A DNA stretch of 64,000 nucleotides, from NCBI GenBank assembly GCA_001599295.1, contig BCGN01000001.1, positions 1,860,001 to 1,924,000 of the forward strand. Direction: 5' to 3'. Of this stretch, positions 32,809-45,186 are shown in pieces. The first letter of the stretch is position 1; each line of letters starts with the position of its first letter. Made by a program: the position numbers and the translations under genes. The DNA is from Sporopachydermia quercuum. Lineage: Eukaryota. The notes under the pieces are model-generated. The model was not told the origin of the DNA, searched no databases, and saw only the letters and a list, made by a program, of their open reading frames with translations.

Positions 32809-35103
32809 CTAATCCTTCTGTTCTTTCGTCTTTTTTTTAATATTGCTTGTAACTGATGATTTGACACCAATGAATTCAATGGAATCNGAGTTCAATATTT
32901 GAGAAGTTAAGGCAGCACCGCCAGCCGTTGGATAGTTATATCTAAATCCAGCACCATTAGAAGCATTGGAACGATGACTTATAACTCTCACACGTAACAA
33001 GGTTTTCAACTCAGCTCTCAAAGCTTGGATTTCCTTCTTAGATAATCCCCGTCTTACGTCTTTCTTTTTTCTCTTTAACAAGAAAGNATCCTGAAATTCA
33101 ACATCAGCTTCATCAATATCAATCCCTAGATCTTCAGCTGCTTGATTCAACCACTGATCATCTTTTCTCAAACTGGTTTCTGCCAATACACCTTCAGCTA
33201 TCTTTTTGGCAACACCAACACGCTCTCTTAGCCTTCTTAAAACATCATAATCGATATTCAACAATGGAAGGTTGTCCACGTCAGTTTTTTTCTTTCCTGC
33301 AATATGCTTCCGTAAATTCTTCAATGCACCAGATGCTTCTTTTGGCGAACAGAGAATCAATGAAACACCTGCTTTTCCAGCTCTACCAGCTCTTCCAGAT
33401 CTATGAATATATGTATCAGCCGTTCTCGGAATATGATAATGAACCACATGCTGAATATCTTTAACATCTAAACCTCTAGCTGCCACGTCAGAAGCAATCA
33501 AAATACCATTCTCTGATTCTTGAAACCTTTCTAATGAACGTAATCTCTGTTTCTGAATCATATTCGAATGTATACTGAAACATGCCACTTGTAGTTCTTC
33601 TAGTAATTGTCTAATACTCTTCACACTATCTATGCTATTGACGAACACCAAAGTCTTTCCGGGATGCATAAACACGAAGTAATAGAGGTATAGATCCTTT
33701 TCCAAAGTAGAACATTCGATAATAGCTTCTTCAACAGATTTAGCTACAACTTCATTAGGACTGGCATCAATGAACTTGACATCTTTTGTTTGGAAATGCA
33801 TCTTCTTTATAAGAAACTCAATACCAGTTTCTTGCTCATCCTTCTTTNTTTTATTGTTTTCAAGTTTAGAGAAGAGACTGATATCAAATGTTGCCGAGAA
33901 AACCAGATTTCTCCAATTCCTTGTGATATTTTCATTTTCTTTTCTCAACTCTTTTCTTTCACTAATCAAAAGTTCTAGTGCCTTCTCCAATTCTTCAAAG
34001 TGACCATCCAAAAACAATCTATCTGCTTCATCAAGTACTATATAGTCTGTTTGACAAAGCAAAGATGAGAACGTATGAAGCTGTTTCTCACCCTTCGATG
34101 CTATTTCAAGTGTTTCCATACTACGTAAGACTTCCAGAAACCTACCAGGGGTAGCCACTATGATTGTCGGCTTCTTTCTTAACAAGCGAAACTGTTTCTG
34201 AACTGACAAACCACCTGTGATACTCATAATACCCATGCCATGAAAATCTATGAAACGAGACAACTCTTTAAAATGTTTCACTACCTGGTGAGCCAATTCT
34301 CTAGTCGGAGTGAAAACAATACCTGAGGGAATGTTTGACGATTTCATTTTAGGATTCTCTTCCAACTTTGTTAAATAAGATTCCAGCATTGGCAAACCAT
34401 ACGCAAGAGTTTTACCAGATCCTGTTGAAGCTTTTCCTATAACTTCAAAGCCTTTTAAAATTATGGGAATCGTTTTTAATTGAATCTCTGTTGGTTCTTT
34501 GAAATCATTCCCATATAAAGCTCGCAGTAACTGAATGTGCAAATTACCTGTCTTATTCCACTTGGATAATGCCCCTCTTATCTTTGATTCAGGAATTGCC
34601 AATAATTCCTCTTTTAGATCCAATTCCGTTTCGGCTTGTAAGTAATCTTCATCAGTAGCTTCATCAGGTAGATTTGACACTTTCAAACCAGCACCATCTG
34701 CGGACCCTTTGTTGAATAGCTTTTTCTTTGCTTTTACTTGCTGATCAGACTTCTTTTGCTTTTTACCTTTTGAAGGAGGGGTGTTCTTGGATTTCTCTTT
34801 TCGTTGCTCATTAGTTTTGTCTTCATCATCCCTGGTCTTTTCTTGAGTTGCCTCATCACCCCCATCTTTACTTTCAACTGTCTCAAGGAACTTCACTACA
34901 CCATTCTCAACTTTCACATCAACACCTTCTAATTCTTCCAAGCCATAAAATCCATAAGCGTCATCTAAAGCTCTTGATGCATCAACTTTTTTCCAATTTA
35001 AAACATCAAATCCAACTACCTTCTTCTTCTTTTTACTTGGTTCACTCTTCTCATTCCCACCCTTTCTCTTCTGCCTACTCAAACTGGTAGTAAATGGAAC
35101 CAT
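32809..35103 (-). CDS. MAK5: DEAD-box RNA helicase for 60S biogenesis (DDX24 ortholog)
   Basis: LNWKKV..GFYGLEELEGV N-terminal motif, PTEIQ, ASTGSGKT, PTRELA, TPGR, DEAD, FSAT, ARGLD, HRSGRAGR; first ATG at 35103. Confidence 0.92.
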   Translation of the reverse strand: MVPFTTSLSRQKRKGGNEKSEPSKKKKKVVGFDVLNWKKVDASRALDDAYGFYGLEELEGVDVKVENGVVKFLETVESKDGGDEATQEKTRDDEDKTNEQRKEKSKNTPPSKGKKQKKSDQQVKAKKKLFNKGSADGAGLKVSNLPDEATDEDYLQAETELDLKEELLAIPESKIRGALSKWNKTGNLHIQLLRALYGNDFKEPTEIQLKTIPIILKGFEVIGKASTGSGKTLAYGLPMLESYLTKLEENPKMKSSNIPSGIVFTPTRELAHQVVKHFKELSRFIDFHGMGIMSITGGLSVQKQFRLLRKKPTIIVATPGRFLEVLRSMETLEIASKGEKQLHTFSSLLCQTDYIVLDEADRLFLDGHFEELEKALELLISERKELRKENENITRNWRNLVFSATFDISLFSKLENNKXKKDEQETGIEFLIKKMHFQTKDVKFIDASPNEVVAKSVEEAIIECSTLEKDLYLYYFVFMHPGKTLVFVNSIDSVKSIRQLLEELQVACFSIHSNMIQKQRLRSLERFQESENGILIASDVAARGLDVKDIQHVVHYHIPRTADTYIHRSGRAGRAGKAGVSLILCSPKEASGALKNLRKHIAGKKKTDVDNLPLLNIDYDVLRRLRERVGVAKKIAEGVLAETSLRKDDQWLNQAAEDLGIDIDEADVEFQDXFLLKRKKKDVRRGLSKKEIQALRAELKTLLRVRVISHRSNASNGAGFRYNYPTAGGAALTSQILNXDSIEFIGVKSSVTSNIKKKTKEQKD

Positions 35104-35851
35104 CTTGAACAATGGCCTAGCAAAGTATTACTGAAACATATAAAATTACAGTAAATATAAACCTAATGAGCCTAGAAACAACAAAACAACTATTGGTCCA
35201 GGCGGCATTGTTGTTTTCTCCATACAATAAATTTTTTTATATAAGCAAGCATTTGGCAAGCTTCTAATCTACAATAAAACCAACTTCACATCTCACTTCA
35301 AAAATACATAACGTTAAGATTAAGGTTGAACTTAAAAAGATGGTTTCTAGAATTGGAAATATTGTCTGAAATTGGAAATTAAAGTGGAAATCAAAAAGCT
35401 ATACCACCCAAAAAAATCCAAAATTTGGGCTAAACCCCTATTTTAAGACGGAAATTATCTCTAGTGAAAACCTATAAGGAAGGAAACTAAAAAAATAGGA
35501 AGGAAAGAGGAAAACAACAGTTTTTACAGGAACAACGATTGATGGATGTTTTCTATTTACGTCATTGATTGAAAAGCAAATAGTAAGGAAAAAGTCTCTT
35601 AGGATCAACTGCAGTAAGTGAGAAGCAATATCCTAGAACGGTATCAATAGCTCTGAGACTCTTAATTTTCAGTTATCAACCGACAGACAGGCATAGAGAG
35701 GATATTTTACGCAACAAACATCTTGTGTAGTATGCTATCTAGGTGTGTAGTTCTGTACAAGCTGATCACCTATTATTAGCTTAAGGATACTGGAATAAAA
35801 TTCATCTAGTTCAATTTCTTATCTTGGATAGCTATAACCGATTGTTTCAAA

Positions 35852-38800
35852 ATGAGTGTTGAAGCTCAGGAGAAAGGAGGATCACCCCGTAATGAAGAAG
35901 CTGGTCTTGAAAAATCGCCGTTTGAAGATGTAACAATGGAACAAGCTGAACTTCAACAAGAGGGAACGAACGAGGATAATTTGCATGCAAAAGAGGAAGA
36001 CGTAGAATTTCCTTGCCGCTTTTTTTCACCAGAAATCATAGAGAACTGGGCAGAAGAAAAGGTTGACGAACTAATAGGAACAATTCAGTTCAAAGAAGAG
36101 AACGTTATGACGATTGCCCAATTGTTTTATGAAATGTTATTCTTTATAAATAAGGGAAAAATAGATATTGAACAGGCAGTTGATTTTCTCAATAGAATTA
36201 TGAACGTAATTTCCGCCAATGATACCAACACAGATACCGACAATGAGGCGTCTACTACTTCGAATAGCCTCTGGCTCAGTCAGTTATTTCTTGATTCAAT
36301 AGCAACGTGGGAGCTATCAAACAATATAAAAAGTTTGATTTTACATGCGAGGTTTCCAATAGGAAAAGATGTCTTATTAGCACAGCTCGAACCAGCAAGC
36401 TTACTCCAATTGGGTCTAGTAAATCCAATGTTTGAAAAACGTATTCGACGTACAATAACAACTATTCAATATAAGCAGGACAGGTTTAATCTGCTAAGAG
36501 AAGAAAGTGAAGGATATTCGAAGCTAGTGGTAGAAATTTATAACGCTTCACATTCGTCTGATTCTATGAATAGAATCAAACAAACTAATAACATTATTAT
36601 GTCTCTGATTGGCTTCTTTGATTTAGATCCTTTCAGGGCCTTGGACGTTTTTCTAGATATTTTTGCTACAAACATTGTTGCAAATTACCCCTTTTTCATT
36701 GCTTTGTTGCGAATTTCTATTTGGTGGCCTGAGGAAGAAGCTCTTCCTACGAACCTAGAAGAACTGTCACAAGGAGGTAATTCACGGGCAGCCCAAATCC
36801 TTGGATTCAAATTGCAAGGATTTGTTTTCCGTGATGAAAGTGTACCTGAGAATTTGATGATGTTAACGGCTGTATTAATTAAGGAAGGATTTATATCTTT
36901 TGGGAGTATAATAGAATACGTTTCTCCTACTTCAGATGACAGCATGCAAGAGATTTTCAGTGCTTGGAAGAAAGAAACCATGAGAAAAGCAATGGCATCC
37001 AAAATGTCCGCTTTGGCTCTTGCTGCTCCTTTAGAAGAAGAACCAATAGGATCATCAAGCAGTAAAAAATCAGAGAAATTGTCGATAGATTCCAAGGTTG
37101 GCGCTACTGAACCAGCAGCAAGAGCGCCTATTGCTCAGGACACATCCCGATGTAGTCCAACAGCTTTACTATCGAATCAAAAGATACAGCTGTTCAAGGT
37201 TCTGCTGACGGTTGGAGCCAAATGGCCCTCTCTTTACTTGCTCAACAAGTACTCCTACTTACTATCAGTTGATACAGAACTAACTGACTTGGTTCATCTC
37301 ATCGCCAATCATGTGGTATCGTCATTATATTCAGAATGTGAAATAAGAGTATCCAGTGGTAGCAAACTCAGTTCAGTAAAACGAATTCCTTCTAAAAGTA
37401 CTATAACAACCAAAGTGAAAGCACTGAATGGAAAAGAGCTTTCGTTGAAGAAATCTGCTTTAGTTCAACCAAGAGCTAAAGTTAACAGAAGAGTGATCTC
37501 TCCTTTGAGAACGCCACCGGATACAAGCATATCTCATAGATTCTTCTACGAAAAATGGAATCAAGAGTTCAAACCAGTATCAAATGTTCATGAATTACAG
37601 GGATTTTGTCAACAATTCTTATCATTCTCCGGGTTCAGATTATCTCGAGATGCACCACTAGTGATTAAACTACTTCAAATTTCTCTATGGGATTTGAGAC
37701 GCTCATCGTCACATGGCATCAGTGTTCCCAATAATGATAATAGTGAAAGAACTGATAAGAATAAGCCAAAATTCTGGCTCAATTTCTTCAGAAATCATAT
37801 TCTGCCGTGTTTGGCTCTTTTAGAATATAATCCATTGGCAATAAAACTTGTGGGTGATCTTCTTCTCCAATATCCTATGGAAACAAGGTACGCTGTATAT
37901 GGAGACTGGCTAACTACCCTTAAAACATCAACTGAGTTGAAGCTAGCAGTAGCAAAGCTTGAGAAAGATACAAAAGATTTACTCAAGAAAGTTGCCAAAG
38001 AGAATATTGATATAATGACAAGAAAGGTTATTCAAATCATATCATGCTGTCCTTTGCCGCCATTGAAGATAATCATCTCTCAAGTTGAGAACTACGAGAA
38101 CTTGACTGACTTGGTAGTGAAAATGACCAAACATCTTAATCCTTTGATATGGGACTCCATTTCATTTTTATTGACAAGCGAGTTCAATTCGGGTAAAACT
38201 ACTATTCAAGAAGACGGTTTAAATGACCGTTTATGGTTGAAATCATTATCCAATTTCACTGCCAAACTATCTAAAGAATACGAAGCCATGAACCTGAAGC
38301 CTATTCTAATATCAACAACTAAGATGCTACATAAAGGGGATATCAGTCAGCTTATTATTGTGAAAGATATCATTACTGAAATGACTGGTATTGTTGAATA
38401 CTCTAATCTATCAGTTAATCAAGTTGAATGTCTGGGAGGTGGTTCTAAGGCTTTAGCTTCAGTAGCCTATAAAGAAATTCTTGATACTCGTGAAAACTCA
38501 ACCTCATTACATTCGGGTAGAAGATTACTTAGTTTACTATTGGAATCTTCTAAGGATGCTAATGATTATGGCCAGAGCAGTTCTATTGAACGATTACTAT
38601 CAGAGATATTCATTTTATTAGCTCAGGCATCCGACCAAATTCTGTATGTTTCATCTGACGAAGATCTCAAACAGTCACATTTGAAGATTCTTTCCACACG
38701 TCATGATGAGTTTATACTTGCATTGCTGCAATACGTTGAGATGGTTAATTTCTATTTTGAACCTACCATCTTCAAAACTATCAATGAAACCTACGCTTCT

Positions 38801-41440
38801 GCTGATAGTCTTGAAACATTTGCTGCAGTATTTCCACCAGCAAATAAATTGGTAGAAGAGTTCGCANTTTCTATNCCATTAGCTTTTGGTATTTGGAGGA
38901 AAAGATTACAGCAAAGCTTCAATGAATGGGATCCTAGTAACGATTCAGAGAAAAATCCATTTGCAAGCTTTTCATCCATTTTCACCAATCCTGTTATCCA
39001 TAATGATTTACCTACTACTTTCTGGTTACTAGATTTACCTGANGTTTATATCCCTAAACAAAGATATCAACAGGAATTAGAGAAGATTAAAAACAATCTC
39101 AATAGTTTGAATTCTTCCATTGCTCGAGCTGAGGTGTCATCATCATCAGCAACAGTGAGACATTTGAAAGCTGATAGGGAAACAGTTCAAAAGAGCCTTT
39201 CAACTATGGAAACTGAATATAAACAACATATTCTTCATTATACAAAGACTCAAGGTCGTCTTCGTAAACAGAAAAACAACTGGCTGGTAGCTCCAGAAGA
39301 TACTAATGGTCTCGGCAGTGAGGAAGGTGTGAAACTACGAAAACAGCAAGCTGCAGTTTTATTATCTAATTTGATCCTTCCTAGAGCTTTACATTCACCG
39401 ACTGATGCTCTATTTACAGCTAGATTTATTAGAACAATGCATTTACTAGGAACAGCTCANTTCTCCTTATTACAACTATACAATACTCTGTTTACCTCTG
39501 GTGTACTTTTTGGAACGATTATAAGCTCCACTGTTGCTGAAGCTGAATATATTGGTATGTTTTTAGCTGAAGTTCTTACCGGACTTGACAATTGGCGTTC
39601 ATCTTCGGAAACTTTCTCTACGGAAGCCTGGGGTCGACGAAAACAAGTAATTGTAGGTCCAGGACCAACATCTGATGACGGGAGCTCTGATGAAGATCTC
39701 GCCGAACCCGTAGAACCAGAGGAACCGAAATTTGTTTATTTGCCAGGAATGCAACTGCAGTTTAAAGAAGCAATCGAGGTTACCAACAAAGAATCATTAA
39801 TGACTCATTCNCAGTTCATTACTGCTGTTGAAAAATGGCATAAGAGGCTATGCCTTACTTTGGTTGATTGTCTCAAAGGTGACGATTACGTATGGAGACG
39901 CAATGCTATTACTATTCTGAAAAATACTATCGCTGTATTCCCATTGCTATATGGTCATGGTGTTTCATTAGCCGATACAGTCAAGGATATCACTATCAAT
40001 GATACTAGAGATGACCTCAAACTTGCTTCTCAAGCAATTCTTGGTCACTTACAACGTAGATCGAGTAATTGGTTGTACCCGTCAGACTTTTCTGCCGGTA
40101 GATCGAANCCTGAGCGTAGTCATGGTCCTATTTCTCTTAGTGCTGATATACCTACAGGTCCTAAGAATGTGGGATCGAAGAATGGAGCTAAGGGAAAAAA
40201 TGAAGGGTCTGAGAGAAATCCTCCGTCTGGACCTAAAAACTCTGAACGTGGACCGTCTTCTAATGACAAATCTAACGAGACCAGTAGTACTGGTACTACC
40301 AGTTCTACAAAGAATAAGAACGATGAGAATTTAGCTATCACAAGTAAGCACGTTCCTAGTGGTCCTTCTAACCAGAAGAATAATAACTCCAACTCCAGAG
40401 ATATTCCTACTAGACCGAGAGGTTTCGATGAGTCAAAAAATGAAAAGAAACGTTTGGAAAGCGAAAGGAATGATAAACCTTCCAGAAGCAGTGATACGAA
40501 AAGACTCGAGAAAGAAAAAGAGTCTAAGAAGAGAGAAAAGGATAACGAGAGGAGCAGTAGCAGTAGTAGCAGTAAACCAGCAACGATGAACAAGGATAGA
40601 GAAAGAGAGATAAATAGAGCCAATGAACGGGAAAAANGTCTCGAGCGNGAGAAAGAGAAGACTGGTTCACGCAATGATAAAGATAGAGATTTGAGAAATA
40701 CTTCAGGTAGAAGTGGATCTGTTTCTTCTACACCTTCGGAAGACAGGGTAAGATCGGACAAAAGTGGTAGACAATCACCAGCAGATCGTTGGGGTAGAAA
40801 GCCGCCACGATCTGCCAGAGAACGTGAGAGAGAAAGGGAACCCGGGAAGTTTGGTGCNGCTACAAGCAGCTCAAGTGCCAATACCAGCGGAAGACCCTAT
40901 AGAGAAAGAGAAGATGTACTTGATATAGCCAGAGATAGAGAGCGTGAACGTGAAAGAGAGCGAGAGCGAGATAAGAAGCGAGATGTAAGAAGAGACGAAG
41001 CTGATGAACGGAAGGATCGGAATAGAGATCGTGAAAGAGATAGAGATAGGCAGAGAGAAAGCCGAGAAGCAGANAGAGAGCGTGAAAAGGAAAAAGTCCG
41101 GGAAAGAGATCGTTATGCCAGAGAACGTAATGAAGATCGTCAACGGAAAGTAGGATCTGGATTGAGTGGATCTAAATGGACAAATGAAAGAGAAAGAGAA
41201 AGAGAGAGAGAAAGAGACCGCGAGAAAGAAGAAGAAATAAGAGAGAAAGATGCTCGAAATGCAAGAGAAAAAGCACGTGATAGAGACAGAGAACGGGATC
41301 GAGAAAGAGAAAGAGAATCAAGTCGTAGAGGCAAAGACAAGAGATTTGATGCTTCTACACCTAGTCGTTTAGGTGGTCGAAATGCAACCAGAGGATACGA
41401 AAGAGATGAGAAAAGAAGACGTCCTAATCCGAGAGAATAG
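35852..41440 (+). CDS. THO2: THO complex subunit 2
   Basis: YKQDRFNLLREESEGYSKL, LIGFFDLDPFRALDVFLD, AAQILGFK, ILPRALHSPTDALFTARF, RRNAITIL, RDDLKLAS; long R/E/D-rich tail. Confidence 0.93.
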   Translation: MSVEAQEKGGSPRNEEAGLEKSPFEDVTMEQAELQQEGTNEDNLHAKEEDVEFPCRFFSPEIIENWAEEKVDELIGTIQFKEENVMTIAQLFYEMLFFINKGKIDIEQAVDFLNRIMNVISANDTNTDTDNEASTTSNSLWLSQLFLDSIATWELSNNIKSLILHARFPIGKDVLLAQLEPASLLQLGLVNPMFEKRIRRTITTIQYKQDRFNLLREESEGYSKLVVEIYNASHSSDSMNRIKQTNNIIMSLIGFFDLDPFRALDVFLDIFATNIVANYPFFIALLRISIWWPEEEALPTNLEELSQGGNSRAAQILGFKLQGFVFRDESVPENLMMLTAVLIKEGFISFGSIIEYVSPTSDDSMQEIFSAWKKETMRKAMASKMSALALAAPLEEEPIGSSSSKKSEKLSIDSKVGATEPAARAPIAQDTSRCSPTALLSNQKIQLFKVLLTVGAKWPSLYLLNKYSYLLSVDTELTDLVHLIANHVVSSLYSECEIRVSSGSKLSSVKRIPSKSTITTKVKALNGKELSLKKSALVQPRAKVNRRVISPLRTPPDTSISHRFFYEKWNQEFKPVSNVHELQGFCQQFLSFSGFRLSRDAPLVIKLLQISLWDLRRSSSHGISVPNNDNSERTDKNKPKFWLNFFRNHILPCLALLEYNPLAIKLVGDLLLQYPMETRYAVYGDWLTTLKTSTELKLAVAKLEKDTKDLLKKVAKENIDIMTRKVIQIISCCPLPPLKIIISQVENYENLTDLVVKMTKHLNPLIWDSISFLLTSEFNSGKTTIQEDGLNDRLWLKSLSNFTAKLSKEYEAMNLKPILISTTKMLHKGDISQLIIVKDIITEMTGIVEYSNLSVNQVECLGGGSKALASVAYKEILDTRENSTSLHSGRRLLSLLLESSKDANDYGQSSSIERLLSEIFILLAQASDQILYVSSDEDLKQSHLKILSTRHDEFILALLQYVEMVNFYFEPTIFKTINETYASADSLETFAAVFPPANKLVEEFAXSXPLAFGIWRKRLQQSFNEWDPSNDSEKNPFASFSSIFTNPVIHNDLPTTFWLLDLPXVYIPKQRYQQELEKIKNNLNSLNSSIARAEVSSSSATVRHLKADRETVQKSLSTMETEYKQHILHYTKTQGRLRKQKNNWLVAPEDTNGLGSEEGVKLRKQQAAVLLSNLILPRALHSPTDALFTARFIRTMHLLGTAXFSLLQLYNTLFTSGVLFGTIISSTVAEAEYIGMFLAEVLTGLDNWRSSSETFSTEAWGRRKQVIVGPGPTSDDGSSDEDLAEPVEPEEPKFVYLPGMQLQFKEAIEVTNKESLMTHXQFITAVEKWHKRLCLTLVDCLKGDDYVWRRNAITILKNTIAVFPLLYGHGVSLADTVKDITINDTRDDLKLASQAILGHLQRRSSNWLYPSDFSAGRSXPERSHGPISLSADIPTGPKNVGSKNGAKGKNEGSERNPPSGPKNSERGPSSNDKSNETSSTGTTSSTKNKNDENLAITSKHVPSGPSNQKNNNSNSRDIPTRPRGFDESKNEKKRLESERNDKPSRSSDTKRLEKEKESKKREKDNERSSSSSSSKPATMNKDREREINRANEREKXLEXEKEKTGSRNDKDRDLRNTSGRSGSVSSTPSEDRVRSDKSGRQSPADRWGRKPPRSAREREREREPGKFGXATSSSSANTSGRPYREREDVLDIARDRERERERERERDKKRDVRRDEADERKDRNRDRERDRDRQRESREAXREREKEKVRERDRYARERNEDRQRKVGSGLSGSKWTNERERERERERDREKEEEIREKDARNAREKARDRDRERDRERERESSRRGKDKRFDASTPSRLGGRNATRGYERDEKRRRPNPRE

Positions 41441-41976
41441 ATTTGATTAGTGTAATCTATTTTTGACAAACCAACCAGTTGAATTACGTTCTGAATATTC
41501 TACTGACTAAAACTTATACGTCATGTGCTTCAGATTCATGATAAGGATGATATACCTGTCTAATATAATATAATATAATCTCAAGGAGTCATACTCGCGC
41601 TATATTAATCATAATATAATGGTAACTATATACAAAGAATANATTATGGTAACATTAGAATCAAGTAAGACGAAGATCTAGAGAAAAAGTAAATAAACAG
41701 CAAACCAGATTCTCTATTAAGTAACATGAGAACAAGAAAACATGAAAGATGAAGAATTGATAACCAATAGTTTATAGCTCTTTATATGATAATGTGGGAA
41801 CAGTAAGTATATAGGTGAGGTAGAAATATAGAAAAATAAGCAAACCAAATAGTCGTAAACCAAGGAGAAGGTGTATATGTGATGGGAAGGAACATGATGA
41901 CATTTCAACGAAACGAAACGGAATTCGTTCATCATTTCATTCTGAATAGTAGTAGATTAGTAAATACATAACTTCA

Positions 41977-42453
41977 TTAGATCTGTTGAGGAGCACTTCC
42001 AGCAGGAGGACCTTCAATAGGATAAGGGGAAGGAGCTTGAGCAGCCATAAGTCTTGTGAATACAACACCAACACCTTCAAACACAGCCAATAAACAAGCA
42101 CAAGCAATAGCGGAATTTCGACAATGCTTCCAACCACCGCGAACAGCCAAAGCACCACCAGTGAAGAAACCAGCAATGATTGAATTCAATTTATCTTCTC
42201 TTCTTCTAACCGCTCGGACACCACAGTCGAATGTTGAGAACAATCCACCCCAAACACCAAAATTACCTCCAACAACTGGGGCTCTAGCTTTAACAGCTGC
42301 AATCATACCAACTCTTCTTTCACCCCATGGTGAGTTTCTGAAACCCTTGATACCATGCCACACTGTACCACCAATCACTCCCATAGCGAATGCTCCTCCG
42401 AAATCGTTAAGGATAACTAAAGGGCAGGGGTCTCTTGTATGATCAGCAGACAT
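41977..42453 (-). CDS. TIM17: Mitochondrial inner-membrane translocase subunit Tim17
   Basis: [29 protein letters not shown]...[16 protein letters not shown]...[13 protein letters not shown]. Confidence 0.98.
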   Translation of the reverse strand: MSADHTRDPCPLVILNDFGGAFAMGVIGGTVWHGIKGFRNSPWGERRVGMIAAVKARAPVVGGNFGVWGGLFSTFDCGVRAVRRREDKLNSIIAGFFTGGALAVRGGWKHCRNSAIACACLLAVFEGVGVVFTRLMAAQAPSPYPIEGPPAGSAPQQI

Positions 42454-43722
42454 TGTTTATAGGTGTTCTTTGATGGACTATTATATGTTGGAGATAGTTT
42501 CCTTTGTCGATGAAAGGAAATTTCAATAATATTATCAAGTTAAATCTCCGATTGATACTGATTCAATTCTATAATAGTATCAGTGAAGATGTTGATAGAA
42601 CCAAGTAATGATAGTAGTAGTATCTGTGTATCAGTCACAGCTAGTTTGACTCTTTTANCTAATGCTTTTCCTTTCCTTTCAACCACACAGTAATGAGTAC
42701 AAGCCTTTGCTAGCCTTGCAATCCAATAATCTCCACAACTGTTAGACGGGAAATTCCGTTTTCTGTATAGATTGTTACAGCTGTATTACATGATCTAATC
42801 GGAACCTAGTGAGACAGAAGTCATTTGCCATTAGTTCATTCAGGTTTTTTTCCACATATTTTTTTCTCATTGTAACCATGAAAATGGAAATCTTTGTCCG
42901 GGTAAGCGGGATTTGAAAGTGAAAAATATTCCAGAAGTTGATTAGCTAAGTTACGGCAACATATNTGAAGAGACCGGAAATGATAAGGAGTAAGGGATGC
43001 ATCTGAAGACAGACAATATATGGATTTGGAACGAGATGTGATGTTATGAGAGGGCAGAAAGTGCCAGGCAGTGAGGAACAAACAACGCAAAAGAAAGGGA
43101 ATTGCATAAGGAAATGGGATATTTGAGCGGTGAAGATGATTTGAAGAGGTTAGATTNGTAGTCAGCAAGTAAAAGTAAATAGGAATCTATAGTTCTCTTG
43201 ATAGTTACTAGTATGACCTCACCTAGAGGCGGAACATCTTAACAGATGATTTCCAGTTGTGAATACTATTCATGAATAATGAATAGTACTAGATAAGCTA
43301 ATCACTAGTACAACTTTACAGTAGTTACCGTAAAAAAGTAATTTAGAAACAAATGCCACCAATTGACAAGTTTGATTTATTCACAGATATCTATCTGCTT
43401 CTTGCATTTGAAAGAACAGCAATAGACAAGGAGAAAACGAAAGATATAGTGAATCATTTTTCTTTTGGAGGAAAACGATAATGAATCAAAAATAAAAAGA
43501 AACACGAAGTCAAAATCAAATTTATAATCAAGCAATTGTAATTCAAAACACAAGAAAAAGNTACAACGCAAAGCCAAGAATAAACATAAAAACAATTAAG
43601 GGGAATAAAAGAACAGAATCTAGGGAAACATAAAGCGAAAACCAAAGAAGCAAAAATTAAGGCAATAATAGAACATGGGAAGAAAAAAAGAAATGAAAAC
43701 ATAAAGCTAACCAATCGCCAAA

Positions 43723-44485
43723 TCACATTATAATACAGGAAGAACTTGATGGTTCATCGTCAGCTGTACCTTTAGGTTTCGCACTTAGTGCACATCTTGC
43801 AGCTTCCGTGAATGCTTCATTGACACCTCTATTCTTTTTAGCTGAACATTCCAAGTACCTCAATGCTCCAATTTGTTTCGCAACAGCGAGTCCTTCTTCA
43901 TANGTTATCAATTTAGCTTTTGAACTTGATGCCTTGGCGTATGGGTTATCACTGTCTTCTGTAACAGGTCCTGCTTTCCCTGGTGTTTCATCATCTTCTG
44001 TATTTCTTAAATCACATTTTAATGCAACCAGAACTAAATTCACACCTTCACAATGTTCAGCTAATTCGCCAACCCATTTGGTTTGCACATTTTCCAATGA
44101 ATCTCGAGAGTCTACTGCAAAGCAGAGCATTATTGTATGAGTGTCAGAATAAGACAGGGATCGAAGCCTATCGAATTCTTCTTGTCCTGCTGTATCCCAT
44201 AATGACAGTTTCACTGCTTTGCCATCAATGAATATATCATGGACGTAATTTTCAAATACTGTAGGTTCATAAATTTGGGGAAAGTACCCTCTGGTGAACA
44301 CGTTCAGTAGGGATGTTTTACCACAAGCACCATCTCCCAAGATTACTATCTTACGAGATACTAATTCATGGTTAGTAAAATGAACAAAGAAAACATATGC
44401 AATAAACAGTCAAAGCTGTCTCTTATACAATACACCTTGGCACTATTTACTTACTTGGCTTAGGTGTAGATGAACATAGAACCAT
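43723..44485 (-). CDS. RHO3: Rho-family GTPase Rho3, 2 exons (44485-44455, 44360-43723)
   Basis: [70 protein letters not shown] box CIIM; intron GTAAGT..TACTAAC..TAG. Confidence 0.96.
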
Positions 44486-45186
44486 AGTTATGAGATGATG
44501 ATGTGTCTAGTCTATCACGTATATACCTAACTATGAAAACGTATTCATTTGGTATACCTCATGAAATCTCAATTGAATCTTTTCTCTCCTTCAAAATTCC
44601 AAACACAGCAAAATAAAACCGTCTTGACAACAAAGCTTAGTCTTATTTCCCTTATTCTTCTCAATTTTCCTAGTGAATATAAGCTTGCTGTCAATATGAC
44701 AAATGCATATACACCTTGACTCTGCGTATCGATCGATAATTGTCGCTAAGCAACCGAACCCAATGATATTTTTATCACGTGCCGTGATTTTTCTGTTTCA
44801 AGATATTATCGAGTTAATATTGATTTTCCATATGGGACGGGACATGAGAATGGAACGTGAATACTATAAACCTGTTATGGGACAAATTCTTGAATAGAAT
44901 TTGATTGATGTCTTTGAGCTTAGTTAGCGGTAAGATCAATCTCTGCGTTATCTCCCTATAAGCTGAATCGAATAATAGATTGTAAATATGGGTATAATGA
45001 GAATCAAAATTCTTGATATTGGAAAAGAAACAAGGTGGAAAACTGTAATTGAGCGTGATCCTAAATTATTGGTGCTTTAAAACGACTGTATGCTGGGTTT
45101 GTACCGTTGAACAGGAAACATATGTCTACTCTTTCCCACATTTCCACAATCATATAGATACAGGCACAACTATAAAGCAATCAAAT

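Noticed and set aside
40120..41469. Long antisense ORFs (253, 90 and 109 aa) opposite THO2
   Set aside because: Mirror of the purine-rich low-complexity tail (SLSLS repeats); no independent coding signal.
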